A stretch of 64,000 bases of DNA, from positions 1 through 64,000 of the IMG/VR virus record IMGVR_UViG_3300028840_004913; one strand, written 5' to 3'. The translations under genes were made by a program, and so were the position numbers. This DNA comes from a virus. Below the pieces are notes generated by a model. That model was not told the DNA's origin. It made no database searches and worked only from the letters and a program-made list of their open reading frames with translations. Below, piece by piece: positions 10,801 through 21,079 of the stretch (position 1 is its first letter; the number at the start of each line of letters is the position of its first letter).

Positions 10801-13800
10801 CTCTGAATTTGTTTCACCAGTTTTCACAAAATTATCAAGGGCTTCCTTCGCGGACTCCCATGTCTCAGGCGCCTTATCTGTGAATCCGAATTTATTATCG
10901 ATCGCGGTTTTTATCGGGAAATAAAGCTCTTGAGCTATGTTCTCCCGCTCGAGCTCTGTGGCATCCTCAGGATAAAAGTCGAATTCGACCATTGGAGCGA
11001 CACCAATTGGTCCGGCGACGACGATCATATTCTCGTGAGCACGATCACCTATGAATGCGCCCTTCTCTGTACCATCGAGGCTTTCATAAAAATATCTCGG
11101 CTCATCTTTTCTATTATCCCAGGACTTGGCTGTTATCCTGAACATCCTACCGGTTTGTTTCGACTTTACCTTTTGGCCAGGCTCAAATCTCCACCCATCA
11201 TAGGCGGCAACTTTTTCCCGCATTTCAGCGACGCCGTCTGCTACCCGGGCGCGGATATCGGCAGCGAAGTCTCTCACAGGTTTTGTAATTAATTCTTCGA
11301 CGTTGCTTGGAGAAACCTCGTCTTTTCTCGGAAGATCAGCAACACCAAATTTATCGTTTATTTCCTTCACCTCTTCATCGGTAAGGATTCTGTTGACCTT
11401 CATCTCACCGCTGATCAACCACTCTCCGACCATTGTCTGGTTTGTCTTGTAACGATAATGGCCGCCCTTTGGAACCTGGTCTGTTATATGCGCGGTCCTT
11501 GGTATGATCTTCCCTGCCTTGCTTACAGAGGCACGTTTGTTTGCCTCTGACTGCCAATCGACATCGTTCGATATCTCGACCTCAGCCCATACCTGGTTGT
11601 CTGGCCGGTAATTCGGCTTTGTCAAATTGGCGTCTGTCTTTCCTCCGATATGGGAAGCAACAGGCATATCTCCGGAATGCCACCCGGGGCGGTATGCAAG
11701 TTGCCCTATCTTCGACTTTACCTTTCCACCAACCATCGGTCCGACGTCAGCCGCAAGCCATTTCCCAACAGGTACGGTTTCATTTGCCCTGACAAACAGG
11801 GGATATAGCTTTCCATCCTTTTCTGTGAATAGCTTATAAGCCTTAACGGTCTTTTTTGGTATTAGCTTCGGATCTTCGATAACGTCAAACTCAGGATCTG
11901 CTGCGACCTGCTTCCCCTCTTCGTACTTTATTGTATTCTGGATCTCACCACCAGGAAGTAGGAAGGATTGAAATTTCCGAGCATCCTCAATCATCCCGAG
12001 CATGTTCGTTACCCAGGCATTTGCAGCGTCGACATTATCGACATACGTTATATCGTCTGGATAATGCAGATTTTTAATCGCGATCTTTTTAGAATCACCG
12101 CGAATGAATTTTTTGATATTGCCCCTAACAAGCTCAATAGATTTCTGCAGCCTTCCGATATAAACCTCACCGAGGCTTTTCGCCTTAGCACCTTTCCCGG
12201 TAACGAATACGGTCATGGATGTTAGATCTTTCGGTGCCTTCGGATCCATAATTTTCCATGGCTTCCCGTTTTTATCGATACCGTATTCGCTGAATGCCAT
12301 AAAGCATCCTGACTCAGACAGGGCACATTGTTTGCAGCTAAAGAAATATGTGCGCTCTCCTGCGTCGCATGGGCATCCGGTCTTACGCATATTCTCTGGA
12401 AGGGCATCGTGTAGCTCATTGCTGGCGGCGAGGACAAGCTGCAGGGCGTCCTTATCCATCAATTCCTGCATTGCCTTTATCTCGCTCTTGTCTGTCATTA
12501 ACCAGGCATTCGCGATACCGTGCTTTTTCATGTTCTCGGCGAGTTTTTTCGGCCCATAAAATTTGTAAAGATCTGCATCTATCGATCCCATTTTGATAAA
12601 CGGGGCGTTTGGTTGCGACTTTAATTTTTTCAGCATATCATGGTGCCGGCTAAAAATATGAATAGGCCGGTCAAGCAATTTGGCCAATTCATTCATTCCC
12701 TCAACCTGTTCGTCAGTAACAAGGTCGCCGGATCCGAGCATCCTGACAAATGGGAGCTCGGTCTTATCCTTTGCCATAACCTCTGATGCAACGATCTTTG
12801 CCCATCCCTTAGGATCTGTCAAAATATGTATGGTGGATCTCAGCGCTTTTTTAACGGCGCTCATTCTAATCATCGAGGCAGCCGCATAGCACTCCTTGCA
12901 TGGAGTTGTCGGATGGCATGTCGCGAGTAGGAAGTCGGCCGACATTCCAGCTTTACCATTATTTCCAAGGGTTTGCGTCTTTGATTCGGTATCATACATC
13001 TTGCCATTCCGGAGTCCATGCAGATGGTCAAGGAATTTTGTCCGCTCCTTTCCGCTGAGGCCTTTAGAGTCTGCAATCTGTTCGATCGTTTTTGTTTTAT
13101 CCAATAGATTAGCGACCTGCCCGTCCTTAATCACCCGATAAATTTCATCCAATAAATCATAGGTGGTAATAGATCTTGTGAGCTCCCTCTTATTTTTCAC
13201 ATACTTTCCAGGGACTTGCACAGACTTCATGGTTGGGCCAAACAGCGTCTCGAACGCTTCAAGCTCTTTGCTGAGCCGGTTGTTGACTACACCAAACTCT
13301 TCATTCTCGAAGTCAACTTCCCACCCTCTTTCCTTAATATCAAATAAAATCTCAGGGTTACCAGCGGCTCCAACAGGAAGCCCGGGCGCACCAATATTCT
13401 GAGCAAGATCCGAATCCATCAGATCTGCCTTTGGTTTTGGGGCTTCTATTTTATCCAGGACTTCTTTAGCATAGACATCGAATTCGCCCATGCCGGATGT
13501 ATATTCGCCGGCACGATATTGATTATACTGGCGAACCATTTTGGCCATAAGCTTTTGGGCAGTCTCGATCTCATCGAAATATACCCTTTGGAATTTTTTT
13601 GGCTGAGCCAGAAGGGCATCCCCCATTTTCTTGATAACGTCTGACACCATTTCGACGATTCTCTCAAAAAGGGTTTTGTCCTCTTTCATTACCTCGCCAA
13701 GGAATTTCTCATCGAACAGGGAGGATCCCAGGAATTCTTGAACGAATTCATCGAATACCGCGGCTTCGATATCCTTCTGTTTTAATTGATCAACCGGGGT

Positions 13801-16800
13801 ACCAGTTTTTCTTGAAAGCTGCTTCGCGTAGAAGTTTCTCTTTTTATTAAGAAATCCGCTCCAATCGTTTTTATCCTTCATCTTCCATAGGATAGATTTT
13901 AACAGCCCGTATTTCTTTGGCATTGTCTTTTCTATCCTGTGGCCCATTTCATGGCCGGCAACCTGCAGCCCAGGGGTTTCGTTCCGGACATTTATAAATA
14001 TGAATCCATTATCCCGATCGATATCCTTAATCGTTATTGTATTCCCATTCGTGTTATTCAGGAATTTATGGTCTGTTTTAAAGAACACAACATTATCGAA
14101 TCCAAAAACAACCTTCATGAATTCGACAATCGCTTCTCCGTTTCTTGCATCCTTAGGCGCGACAATATCAAAATCGTCCTCGGTTAATTGCATTTCCTCT
14201 GGCCATCTTTGAGACATTTTGATGTAATGCTCTTTGATGTTCTCCGGAGTCTTTTTTACTGGAGCTTCGATAACTTCCTGGACAGGCTGAGGCTTTTTAG
14301 GATCTCCCTCTTTGAGCCATTTTTTAAATTCGTCAACAGACTTTTTGGTAACACGCATATTGTTAAAATCAAAGCCCTTTGGATAATGGGCTCTGTATGC
14401 CATCTGAGCCTGCTTCCTCGTTTTATACCCGAGCATTACCTTTGGTTCATCGAATGTACCATCCTCATTCAACTGATCGATAATGTAAACATTCGGGGAG
14501 GTTACATCTTCTCCGACGAATACATCGATATTGTCTCCGTCCTTTGATTTTCTACCTTTTTTGAAGTATCCATAAACCGCTTTCATCCGAACACGCCATG
14601 AGGGTTTTTTACCTGGAGGCACATTTTCTTTTCTGGTCGATCCCTTCGCGTTCTCAATTACAATAGGCATGCCATGGATCTCGGCTTCACCCTTCCTGTA
14701 GGTGCCATCCTTTATTGCCTGGTATGTAGGATTAGGATCTGTTATACTGGCTGCTTCATTAAGCTGCTTTGCCGTGGTGACTTTTTGTGGACCCTTTTGA
14801 ACCGCGGGTCCAGCGCTCGGTGTTTCACGATAAATTCTTTTCCCGAATTTATCCACAAAGCCCTCCCGGGCCTCGCCAGACTCCATCATTTCACGCTGTT
14901 CAGGGGTGGCTTTATTGTAAATCTCACCGGACGTCGCACCGCTTATTCTGGTACCGTCTGGAAATTCGAAGAAATTCCTTTTCCCTGGAGGAGATATTCG
15001 CTCCGGCTTTTTCGCCGCTGGCTCTTCGGCGGCCTCACCCTCGATCATCTTTTGCCGCTTTACTGCCGCACGCTTTACCAGGTCAGGTGCTTCCTGTTCA
15101 ACGTCAGCGGGAGTTGTGTCGATAACTGCCTGGGCCATTTGGGCCGGCGTAACCGGTGCTGCCTCTATGGCTGGCGCTTCTGCCGGCGCCGTGATGGGCT
15201 CAGCCGCTGGCTCTGGAGCAGGCTCTGTGACGACAGCCTCTTCCCCCATCGTCTGGTCAATCTGGCGTTGCCTGGCCTGTGCTGGTGTTTCCTGGCCCTG
15301 GATATATTGCTGCCTCTCAGCGGGGGTCCGCAATGGACCTTGTGGTGGTATTGGTGGCGGTACGTCTGGCCTATTCTCGGCGAACAGACCTGTCCCGGGG
15401 GCAACTGGCTCCTCGATAGCGGCGATATCCTCTGGAGTAATTTCCTGCCCAGGAATAACCCCGGCGCCTTCAACCGCTGGCTCAGGTATCGCTCCAGGTG
15501 TTTGCGCTGCCTGCGCTGCCTGGGCCTCCTTTATTCCCTTATCGAGAATTTCAGCCGCATCCCTCGAGGACTTAACCGTGGTGAGCTCACCAGATTCGTC
15601 ACGCTTCCCGGTGAGCATATCGAATGCCTTCCTGAATTTGCCGGCTTCCTTTGTGCCCTTAGCATCTACCGGTTTAGCGTCAGCACCACCAAGTAATAGA
15701 CCATACGGGGCGGCGGCCGCACCCTCGGGGAGAGCTTCCTTTATACCCTTCAAGGAAAGGTCCCAAACCATTCCGGCTTGATCTTCTATATTGGCATTTA
15801 GAAATTTCTTTCTATTTTCACCAATTGCAAAATGTCCGGTCAATTCATCAGGGACACCCTGCAGAGTTTCAGTAACGCCCTCTGTTAATGAGCTAACCAA
15901 TCTCGAAGCGATAAACCTTTTTATACCTGCACCAAGTCCAGGCGCACGCATCATCCAACCGAATGATAACGCCTCCATTGGCGCCTGTATACCGGCGTTG
16001 ATAAGCGCTGAAACCATAGCCTCTTTTGGAGAGGCTCCATTCGAAATATTTTCCTCGTATGCATTACCAGCAATATTTACAAACATCACGGCGCCTGAGA
16101 GGAACTTCCCGCCGGCCCTATGCGCGAGAATCTGCATTCCTATTTGTGGCGCCATCCCAACGGTGTTCTCAATCCATTGCTTGAACGAGTCTTTTTCTTC
16201 GAGGTCAAGGATGTATCTTAAATCCCTTTTTAAATTCTTTGACTCTGACGCCGCACCAATGGCGTCATAGGCCATATCGCCCAATGCGCCCACCGTACCT
16301 GTTGTCGCCGACGTTAATTTATCCCATAACCCATCTGATTTACTCGGTATTACGGAAGGCTTATCCCTATCGAATCCGGCTACATCCATAAATCCTTTTC
16401 CGAGCCATGGCGCAGAACGAGCAATATTCTTTGATGTTTCAATCATGGGACGCTCTAACTCAACGTCCTCGAGATATTCTGGCAGAATAGCCTTGATGGC
16501 CTTGCTTCTAAGATCCTGTCCACCGGTTATCTCAGATAGCGGTCGCACCCCTGAAATTGCTTCAATTGGTGCCCTTGCGAGGATTGGCAAGTTTTGCATT
16601 GCAGCGCTTATACCGATTTCCAATTTTGGCTTTGTCTGTATCCAAGGGACTTCGATATCGTCCCTGACATTGGCGACAAACTGGTCGTATGCATCTGGAC
16701 CAGGTGGGGCAACTGGCGCATTTGATTCTGGTGTAGGGATCGCCCCCTCTGGAGGCATGGTAGGCAACTCTGGTGTAGGGGTGGGATCTTCGCGCAGATT

Positions 16801-16833
16801 ATCTGCTACGAATTTATCATAGAAATCAGACAT
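7867..16833 (-). CDS. Giant polyvalent ejection protein (InPase-like, zincin HEMGH, Cys-rich GP88-like, possible ART-like, LPD38-like)
   Basis: 2988 aa; IENAKGSTR..YGY..DGDNIDVFVG; HEMGH; CHPTTPCKECY..RMLGSGD; AYKLF..RPGWH; RIPKPFE..NKSMFTGRQI. Confidence 0.8.
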   Translation of the reverse strand: MSDFYDKFVADNLREDPTPTPELPTMPPEGAIPTPESNAPVAPPGPDAYDQFVANVRDDIEVPWIQTKPKLEIGISAAMQNLPILARAPIEAISGVRPLSEITGGQDLRSKAIKAILPEYLEDVELERPMIETSKNIARSAPWLGKGFMDVAGFDRDKPSVIPSKSDGLWDKLTSATTGTVGALGDMAYDAIGAASESKNLKRDLRYILDLEEKDSFKQWIENTVGMAPQIGMQILAHRAGGKFLSGAVMFVNIAGNAYEENISNGASPKEAMVSALINAGIQAPMEALSFGWMMRAPGLGAGIKRFIASRLVSSLTEGVTETLQGVPDELTGHFAIGENRKKFLNANIEDQAGMVWDLSLKGIKEALPEGAAAAPYGLLLGGADAKPVDAKGTKEAGKFRKAFDMLTGKRDESGELTTVKSSRDAAEILDKGIKEAQAAQAAQTPGAIPEPAVEGAGVIPGQEITPEDIAAIEEPVAPGTGLFAENRPDVPPPIPPQGPLRTPAERQQYIQGQETPAQARQRQIDQTMGEEAVVTEPAPEPAAEPITAPAEAPAIEAAPVTPAQMAQAVIDTTPADVEQEAPDLVKRAAVKRQKMIEGEAAEEPAAKKPERISPPGKRNFFEFPDGTRISGATSGEIYNKATPEQREMMESGEAREGFVDKFGKRIYRETPSAGPAVQKGPQKVTTAKQLNEAASITDPNPTYQAIKDGTYRKGEAEIHGMPIVIENAKGSTRKENVPPGKKPSWRVRMKAVYGYFKKGRKSKDGDNIDVFVGEDVTSPNVYIIDQLNEDGTFDEPKVMLGYKTRKQAQMAYRAHYPKGFDFNNMRVTKKSVDEFKKWLKEGDPKKPQPVQEVIEAPVKKTPENIKEHYIKMSQRWPEEMQLTEDDFDIVAPKDARNGEAIVEFMKVVFGFDNVVFFKTDHKFLNNTNGNTITIKDIDRDNGFIFINVRNETPGLQVAGHEMGHRIEKTMPKKYGLLKSILWKMKDKNDWSGFLNKKRNFYAKQLSRKTGTPVDQLKQKDIEAAVFDEFVQEFLGSSLFDEKFLGEVMKEDKTLFERIVEMVSDVIKKMGDALLAQPKKFQRVYFDEIETAQKLMAKMVRQYNQYRAGEYTSGMGEFDVYAKEVLDKIEAPKPKADLMDSDLAQNIGAPGLPVGAAGNPEILFDIKERGWEVDFENEEFGVVNNRLSKELEAFETLFGPTMKSVQVPGKYVKNKRELTRSITTYDLLDEIYRVIKDGQVANLLDKTKTIEQIADSKGLSGKERTKFLDHLHGLRNGKMYDTESKTQTLGNNGKAGMSADFLLATCHPTTPCKECYAAASMIRMSAVKKALRSTIHILTDPKGWAKIVASEVMAKDKTELPFVRMLGSGDLVTDEQVEGMNELAKLLDRPIHIFSRHHDMLKKLKSQPNAPFIKMGSIDADLYKFYGPKKLAENMKKHGIANAWLMTDKSEIKAMQELMDKDALQLVLAASNELHDALPENMRKTGCPCDAGERTYFFSCKQCALSESGCFMAFSEYGIDKNGKPWKIMDPKAPKDLTSMTVFVTGKGAKAKSLGEVYIGRLQKSIELVRGNIKKFIRGDSKKIAIKNLHYPDDITYVDNVDAANAWVTNMLGMIEDARKFQSFLLPGGEIQNTIKYEEGKQVAADPEFDVIEDPKLIPKKTVKAYKLFTEKDGKLYPLFVRANETVPVGKWLAADVGPMVGGKVKSKIGQLAYRPGWHSGDMPVASHIGGKTDANLTKPNYRPDNQVWAEVEISNDVDWQSEANKRASVSKAGKIIPRTAHITDQVPKGGHYRYKTNQTMVGEWLISGEMKVNRILTDEEVKEINDKFGVADLPRKDEVSPSNVEELITKPVRDFAADIRARVADGVAEMREKVAAYDGWRFEPGQKVKSKQTGRMFRITAKSWDNRKDEPRYFYESLDGTEKGAFIGDRAHENMIVVAGPIGVAPMVEFDFYPEDATELERENIAQELYFPIKTAIDNKFGFTDKAPETWESAKEALDNFVKTGETNSELLDDIVDDAIEGYGSFEEFVDSRLDDIAPATWDATREDRTQIADSAEQLIIKTINREILNPDQRDGAYEAAMDELNDFIYDDNTDLSTLDGIMKDSGYDSFKDFVDQTWYDMNTVDDVPIIPGFDTVEIIEKDAKAVIDAKIGRDDVPMREKVAKSWKSFWKNRATLIADRFAPIKARFGEGIIYMLHRGIPGAPTSVLGQLLHGKLKWNADGNVLTVDTKNEGFIPWVKSLGKDGEKFFYWLVVKRAEALDAEGREKLLDKTDRDILMKWIGDPKGKKSWNEINKEFQGFNDAILDIAQQAGLIDPASRKLFQQEFYIPFYRVFEDEESSNEFIKGPLQGSKFLSSQIKRLKGSEKKIGDPFENIMKNWNHLIVESVKNKARGDAFRNAVDLGLPSGYMALDDDGNEIEKPLIEEVKWSDTVRFKGVGKATFIEQKTGEPVLGFKDKGKTRFFRVNDPELFSAMSLMRSIRADNMLVNALRYPKRWLTMGATFGPAFKAANFLRDTLHTGMISNDFIPFLDSIKGVAKIVFKDKDYIEYLASGHAFAGSYVRADDPKAVSKYLKGVSEKKMRGKVWNVLAAPWRLWAEIGEASENAARVQLYSNLRKKGKTQLEAAFGARDIMDFQMSGTSDNLAFFTAVVPFLNARIQGLYKMGRAAKENPKVFAGKTLALAALSLAAWAAFADDERYKELEDWEKWQYYNFWIGDWHIRIPKPFETGVIGSTLWTAAADSAVGNESWTYILKTMGHAVMDTFAFNPVPQAAIPIAEQIFNKSMFTGRQIEGERIGKLSPGLRAEPWTSETFKALGEIAGIPPKRAEEFVKGYFATYVNLALFFTDPAARWLMDYPERPTKRVDDYPMIGRFLRQADNPRYTKYISRLYEITKEADQLFADVKHLNMIGDYEAAKAIKEKHRKKLSMRKRFHKERSRLTDLNKKIRKAWLSDTMDGDEKKEKIDRWTGQKNEIVRNVMKLYEDKK

Positions 16834-16854
16834 TTAAGTACCTCTCAGATTAGC

Positions 16855-18018
16855 TTAATAACCAGGGAATCTGGTCCTAAGCCCCTGTGCTATTTCTGCA
16901 TCAGAAATCTTTGGGTTAGCACGCTTTAATGACCTCGCATACTCGAGCATTTGCGCTGGCGTTGGTTTCGCCTGTTGTGCCATTGCCATCCCGCCGGCTG
17001 TCGAATAGCCTGGCTCTGGAATGGCGGCTCCTGGAGGCGCTTCCTGGCCGTTTGTAATTTGAGAACCCTGGGCCGGAACCCTCGCCTTTGTTTCATTTAT
17101 GGCGGCATCAAGTCCGTCCATATATTCTTTGTAATATTCTGCAGCACGCTGCATTAACTCGGCCGGTGCAAGATCGATACCATCTTCCTTTGCATCGGTC
17201 ATTACCTCTTTGACCATGTCGTCCCAAATTTTATTTTTGTCTACCTCTCCTGCAGCCTTCTTGATTCTCTCCAGTTTTGTAACGTCTCCGGACTTTAACG
17301 CCTCAGATACGGATTCTTTTGAAAAGTTTTTTGTCAACTTATCAAACCTATCAAACCGATCGTCTGCCGCTTTCACAAGGGCCTCGTGGCGCTCCTTGAC
17401 AAGCTTTTGGAATTGCTGTAGCTCCTTATCTGTCGCGGAATGCTTAGGCTTCCCGGGTGCAACCATTTCCCAAATATCGTCCAACTGTCCAGCGAGGGCC
17501 TCCTTTGCAACAACCAGGGGGTCTGCCAATGGATTGTTTAGATTAAACTTTTGCGAGGCTGGTGTTGGAGAAGCTGCTGGCTGTCCTGGACCACCGGCAA
17601 GATTGTCTCGTGTCAACCTCGGCGTCCGATCATCTATCTGGAATGCACCGTGCTGGTATTGACCACCTTGCATCCCGGCCATTTGCCTGGTAGGATCGTC
17701 TGTGAATGTAGGGGTCTGTCCTGCCTGTCGAGCAAGCTCGAGGTACTCCTTGATTGACTTTGGTTTCTCGAATACTTCTGGACCAGGGACAACACCACCA
17801 CCGGCATCCGGCTGCTGAGGAATGGGCGAGATATCCCCCTTCGGCGAAGGCATCGTCAATCTTGGATCTGGCATCGCAACTGGTTCATGTGTTGCAACCA
17901 AATCTGTTGGCGGCGGTATTGCCGGCGCCCTGGATGCATCGTAACCTAAAGTAGATATTGGCGGGTAAAACTGTGCCACATCATACTCTTCTCCATGTGA
18001 TGGTATTAAACGAGCCAT
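16855..18018 (-). CDS. Putative ejection/internal virion protein
   Basis: Pro/Ala/Gln-rich; upstream of the giant protein. Confidence 0.65.
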   Translation of the reverse strand: MARLIPSHGEEYDVAQFYPPISTLGYDASRAPAIPPPTDLVATHEPVAMPDPRLTMPSPKGDISPIPQQPDAGGGVVPGPEVFEKPKSIKEYLELARQAGQTPTFTDDPTRQMAGMQGGQYQHGAFQIDDRTPRLTRDNLAGGPGQPAASPTPASQKFNLNNPLADPLVVAKEALAGQLDDIWEMVAPGKPKHSATDKELQQFQKLVKERHEALVKAADDRFDRFDKLTKNFSKESVSEALKSGDVTKLERIKKAAGEVDKNKIWDDMVKEVMTDAKEDGIDLAPAELMQRAAEYYKEYMDGLDAAINETKARVPAQGSQITNGQEAPPGAAIPEPGYSTAGGMAMAQQAKPTPAQMLEYARSLKRANPKISDAEIAQGLRTRFPGY

Positions 18019-18035
18019 GTAACCCTCCGGAATTA

Positions 18036-18917
18036 TTAAGCTAATCTTAGTCCATACGCGATCCTACTATTTTGTGGCGTATCCTGGCCAACCCTTTGCG
18101 CGAGCGGTTGTGCCTGATAATTTGCAAGATCGATTGCGTATTCATCTCTGGCTGCCTGTGCTTCCTGCATCCAGTTTTGGACTAAGCTATTGACTTCATT
18201 CTTATAATTTATCATGGCCTCACCAGATAACACCGAATGTTTGGCGTTATAGATTGCCATGTCGTCTCTGCGCTTTTGCTGGCCTGCAGCCATAGCGGTT
18301 CTCGCTGAAGTATCATAAATACTACCGAGGGCCTGCCCGTAACCCTTTACAGATTCTCCGGCCAATTGCCGGCGAAGGGCTGGATTGTCAATAGATCTAT
18401 TCTGTAGCATTTGCTCAGAGGTCGCCTGCCTAAGCTGTGCCGCCTGGTTGCCAACGAGCTCTTGCCTTTTCGCACGCTCATACCCCTTGTCCTCCTCCGG
18501 CGGCTTGTATTCCGGAGCAACATATTTTGGGACGTCCGGATACGGAGTCGCCTGGAACGTCGGCTTCTCAAGAGGCCTGTCAAGAATTACACCTGGACCT
18601 CCGGCGCTTCCAACGCTATACGATCTACTCGATGAGGATTGCCTCGACGGTTGCCGTAAGAATGCATATGGATCCGCTTGAGCTTGCCTGCTCGGCTGAG
18701 CTATAACCTGGGTCACATTCGACCCACCACCGGAAGTCTGCGGGGAGCTTTCCATAATAGCAAGGCCTGCAGCGGTTTTGCGATACCTGTCCGACATTTC
18801 ATTCAAGGATCTATTGATATCGGCGTCGCTTCCACCACCACCGGCACGACTTACTAATCCGGAACCACCACCACCGGTAGGTCCCGGGATGGCGCCATAT
18901 CTTTCTTCATTATCCAT
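18036..18917 (-). CDS. Putative ejection/internal virion protein
   Basis: Gly/Ser/Gln-rich; position after the tail genes. Confidence 0.65.
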   Translation of the reverse strand: MDNEERYGAIPGPTGGGGSGLVSRAGGGGSDADINRSLNEMSDRYRKTAAGLAIMESSPQTSGGGSNVTQVIAQPSRQAQADPYAFLRQPSRQSSSSRSYSVGSAGGPGVILDRPLEKPTFQATPYPDVPKYVAPEYKPPEEDKGYERAKRQELVGNQAAQLRQATSEQMLQNRSIDNPALRRQLAGESVKGYGQALGSIYDTSARTAMAAGQQKRRDDMAIYNAKHSVLSGEAMINYKNEVNSLVQNWMQEAQAARDEYAIDLANYQAQPLAQRVGQDTPQNSRIAYGLRLA

Positions 18918-18950
18918 GATACCTCACATTTTGGTTAGAAATAGCCTATT

Positions 18951-18966
18951 TTATACACCATGTCAA
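18951..18966 (-). promoter_or_regulatory. Compact TTGACA-N5-TAT motif
   Basis: TTGACA-tggtg-TATAA in the intergenic gap. Confidence 0.5.
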
Positions 18967-18968
18967 TA

Positions 18969-19364
18969 TCATTGATACTGTGTAAAATCAAAGGCTTTTC
19001 CAGAAACCTCGGCTCTTTTTATGTCCGTCATGATTGACCTAATACTAACTTTTGTGAAATATCCCCATCCACAATTTGTATTATTGCAATCAATCATTGT
19101 GTTCATACCCTCCACCATGAACCTCGGATTCTTGTTTAATTCAAAGACTGCTACTCCAGATCCGCATTCAGGACACGTTCCATCTGTCGTCGCCCATACC
19201 GAGCTCTTCACAGGCATGACGTCTGTCATTCTTAATCCCTTTATTGCGTCCTCGACAATATGATATCCGTGCTCTTCGATATCTTCAATAAAATCAGTAA
19301 GTAATCTTAACATAGATTCCTTGCAAAATTTATGTGAACTCTTTAATCTCGCTATGCATCTCAT
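18969..19364 (-). CDS. Zn-ribbon hypothetical protein
   Basis: CPEC...CNNTNC. Confidence 0.7.
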   Translation of the reverse strand: MRCIARLKSSHKFCKESMLRLLTDFIEDIEEHGYHIVEDAIKGLRMTDVMPVKSSVWATTDGTCPECGSGVAVFELNKNPRFMVEGMNTMIDCNNTNCGWGYFTKVSIRSIMTDIKRAEVSGKAFDFTQYQ

Positions 19365-21079
19365 ACTTTATATACCCCCTGGTGAAATTGAGTGGTGAAT
19401 GTGAGCCCTATCCTTGTGTATGTAGGAAACGCAGTCTTTGCATCATCAATTATCGTTTGGATCATTGCCTCGAATGCTGCCTTTCTGACATCTTCAAACG
19501 CACGATTTAATTGATTATTATGAATAAATCCAGTATGATCATAATAAAGATCGGCATAGCATTCTTCATAGAATGTCGGATTGCCGCCGCCGATATCTTC
19601 CACCTTATGATCAAAGGCTACAATGTGAATGAGGGAGTCCGGATTCTCCGGAGCGTCGAGAAGGTTATTATAAAAGTCGCTCGATATGGTAACGTTATTT
19701 CCAGACAAAAGGGATATATATCTGTCTGGAGTTTCAGCGCCAGAACCAAATGTATCCCCCTGGACGTCGATATACCATGAAACGTCTGACTGCAACCGAA
19801 CAATTGTACCTGTGTCAACGCATGCACCACCAGATTCAACGTTTGCCTCAAACCACAAATCGACTGTTTCCATCATGAAAACCTGCTCATAAATATATTC
19901 TGTAACGCTATACCCATAAGCAAACTTTCCAGATCCGATATCTGATGGAACGGTAAGCAGCGGCTCGCTCCTCGTAATCGTCGTATAGCAATTCCCTATA
20001 ACGACCGGCGGCGGTGCATCATTACAAAATGAGCAAATCACCTCGCATGATCCAGCGCTATCATAAAACTGAGATCCACCACAGCGCCAATAGACGACGT
20101 CTGTATAGTCGTCTCCGATACCATTTAGTCCGGTATCACACGCAGGTAGGACGTCCTGTGTAAACGCACAACTCCTTCCGATCGTAACATCCTTTGCTCC
20201 GATCGAAGGTACAAGACCACGCCAGTATGCGAGCGAGGCATCGAGCACGGGAAGAGTTAATGTGCCGCCGATACCATCAGGAATATCAAGCGGTATCTCT
20301 TCTCGCCACATATCCCAAACAAACGATCTCGTGTAAGTCCCAACGCCTGTGTTGACCGCAACCTTTATGTCAAGATAATGGCTCGGGCATTTTTCATCCT
20401 GGAAGGATGCTATATCTATATTAGCGACAGAGTCTCCAGGCACAGGATTTATAATCCCGCCTGGGTTGTCTGCCTCCATATAAGCCCGTATTCTCAATAG
20501 GTTATCCCATGCAATGTTGCCCGGGATCAGGACCTCTATATATCTTTTCGACGCTCCAGGGTACCTGAATCTCGTACCTGTCGGCGGCGAAACGAGCTCA
20601 ACATTTACAACTTCATGTGTCGGCTGGAGGTCAATAAGAGTCCATGTCCCTGGGCAAACATCCTGAACAGCAGACCATTGTGGGTCAGAAGATATTGTAA
20701 CGACAACCGGATCGATATCGAAAACAAATATGAATGGAAGCCCACCACCGATAGGCCCACCACCAGGGGTCGGCCATGGAACTCCTGGAGGCGGTACCCA
20801 TCCAGGAGGCACAGAAGAAAACCCAGGAGGCGGCTCGAGCTCATATTCCATTTGCTCGTAACCCTTTGACTTATAAGGCTTTTTGTGCTCAGATTGCTTC
20901 AATAGATCGGAGCTCAAAGAATTGCTTTCAGCGGTGGGAATCTCGGGAGTGAACTCTGCCTGCTCTGGCAAGACCGTTGTTACGGCCGACCATTTCTCTT
21001 TTGCAGATGGCTGTCGCGCCTGGTCAGGGAACACCTGTGCCGGCACATACATGCGTTTTTCCCAATCTTTTTGGGCCAT
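19361..21079 (-). CDS. Putative tail-associated protein, Cys-rich
   Basis: 572-aa ORF coupled to the tail tubular gene. Confidence 0.6.
   Translation of the reverse strand: MAQKDWEKRMYVPAQVFPDQARQPSAKEKWSAVTTVLPEQAEFTPEIPTAESNSLSSDLLKQSEHKKPYKSKGYEQMEYELEPPPGFSSVPPGWVPPPGVPWPTPGGGPIGGGLPFIFVFDIDPVVVTISSDPQWSAVQDVCPGTWTLIDLQPTHEVVNVELVSPPTGTRFRYPGASKRYIEVLIPGNIAWDNLLRIRAYMEADNPGGIINPVPGDSVANIDIASFQDEKCPSHYLDIKVAVNTGVGTYTRSFVWDMWREEIPLDIPDGIGGTLTLPVLDASLAYWRGLVPSIGAKDVTIGRSCAFTQDVLPACDTGLNGIGDDYTDVVYWRCGGSQFYDSAGSCEVICSFCNDAPPPVVIGNCYTTITRSEPLLTVPSDIGSGKFAYGYSVTEYIYEQVFMMETVDLWFEANVESGGACVDTGTIVRLQSDVSWYIDVQGDTFGSGAETPDRYISLLSGNNVTISSDFYNNLLDAPENPDSLIHIVAFDHKVEDIGGGNPTFYEECYADLYYDHTGFIHNNQLNRAFEDVRKAAFEAMIQTIIDDAKTAFPTYTRIGLTFTTQFHQGVYKV

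Noticed and set aside
14674-15781. Long plus-strand ORFs (also 26646..27479, 30314..31285, 33916..34773)
   Set aside because: Antisense shadows of well-supported minus-strand genes
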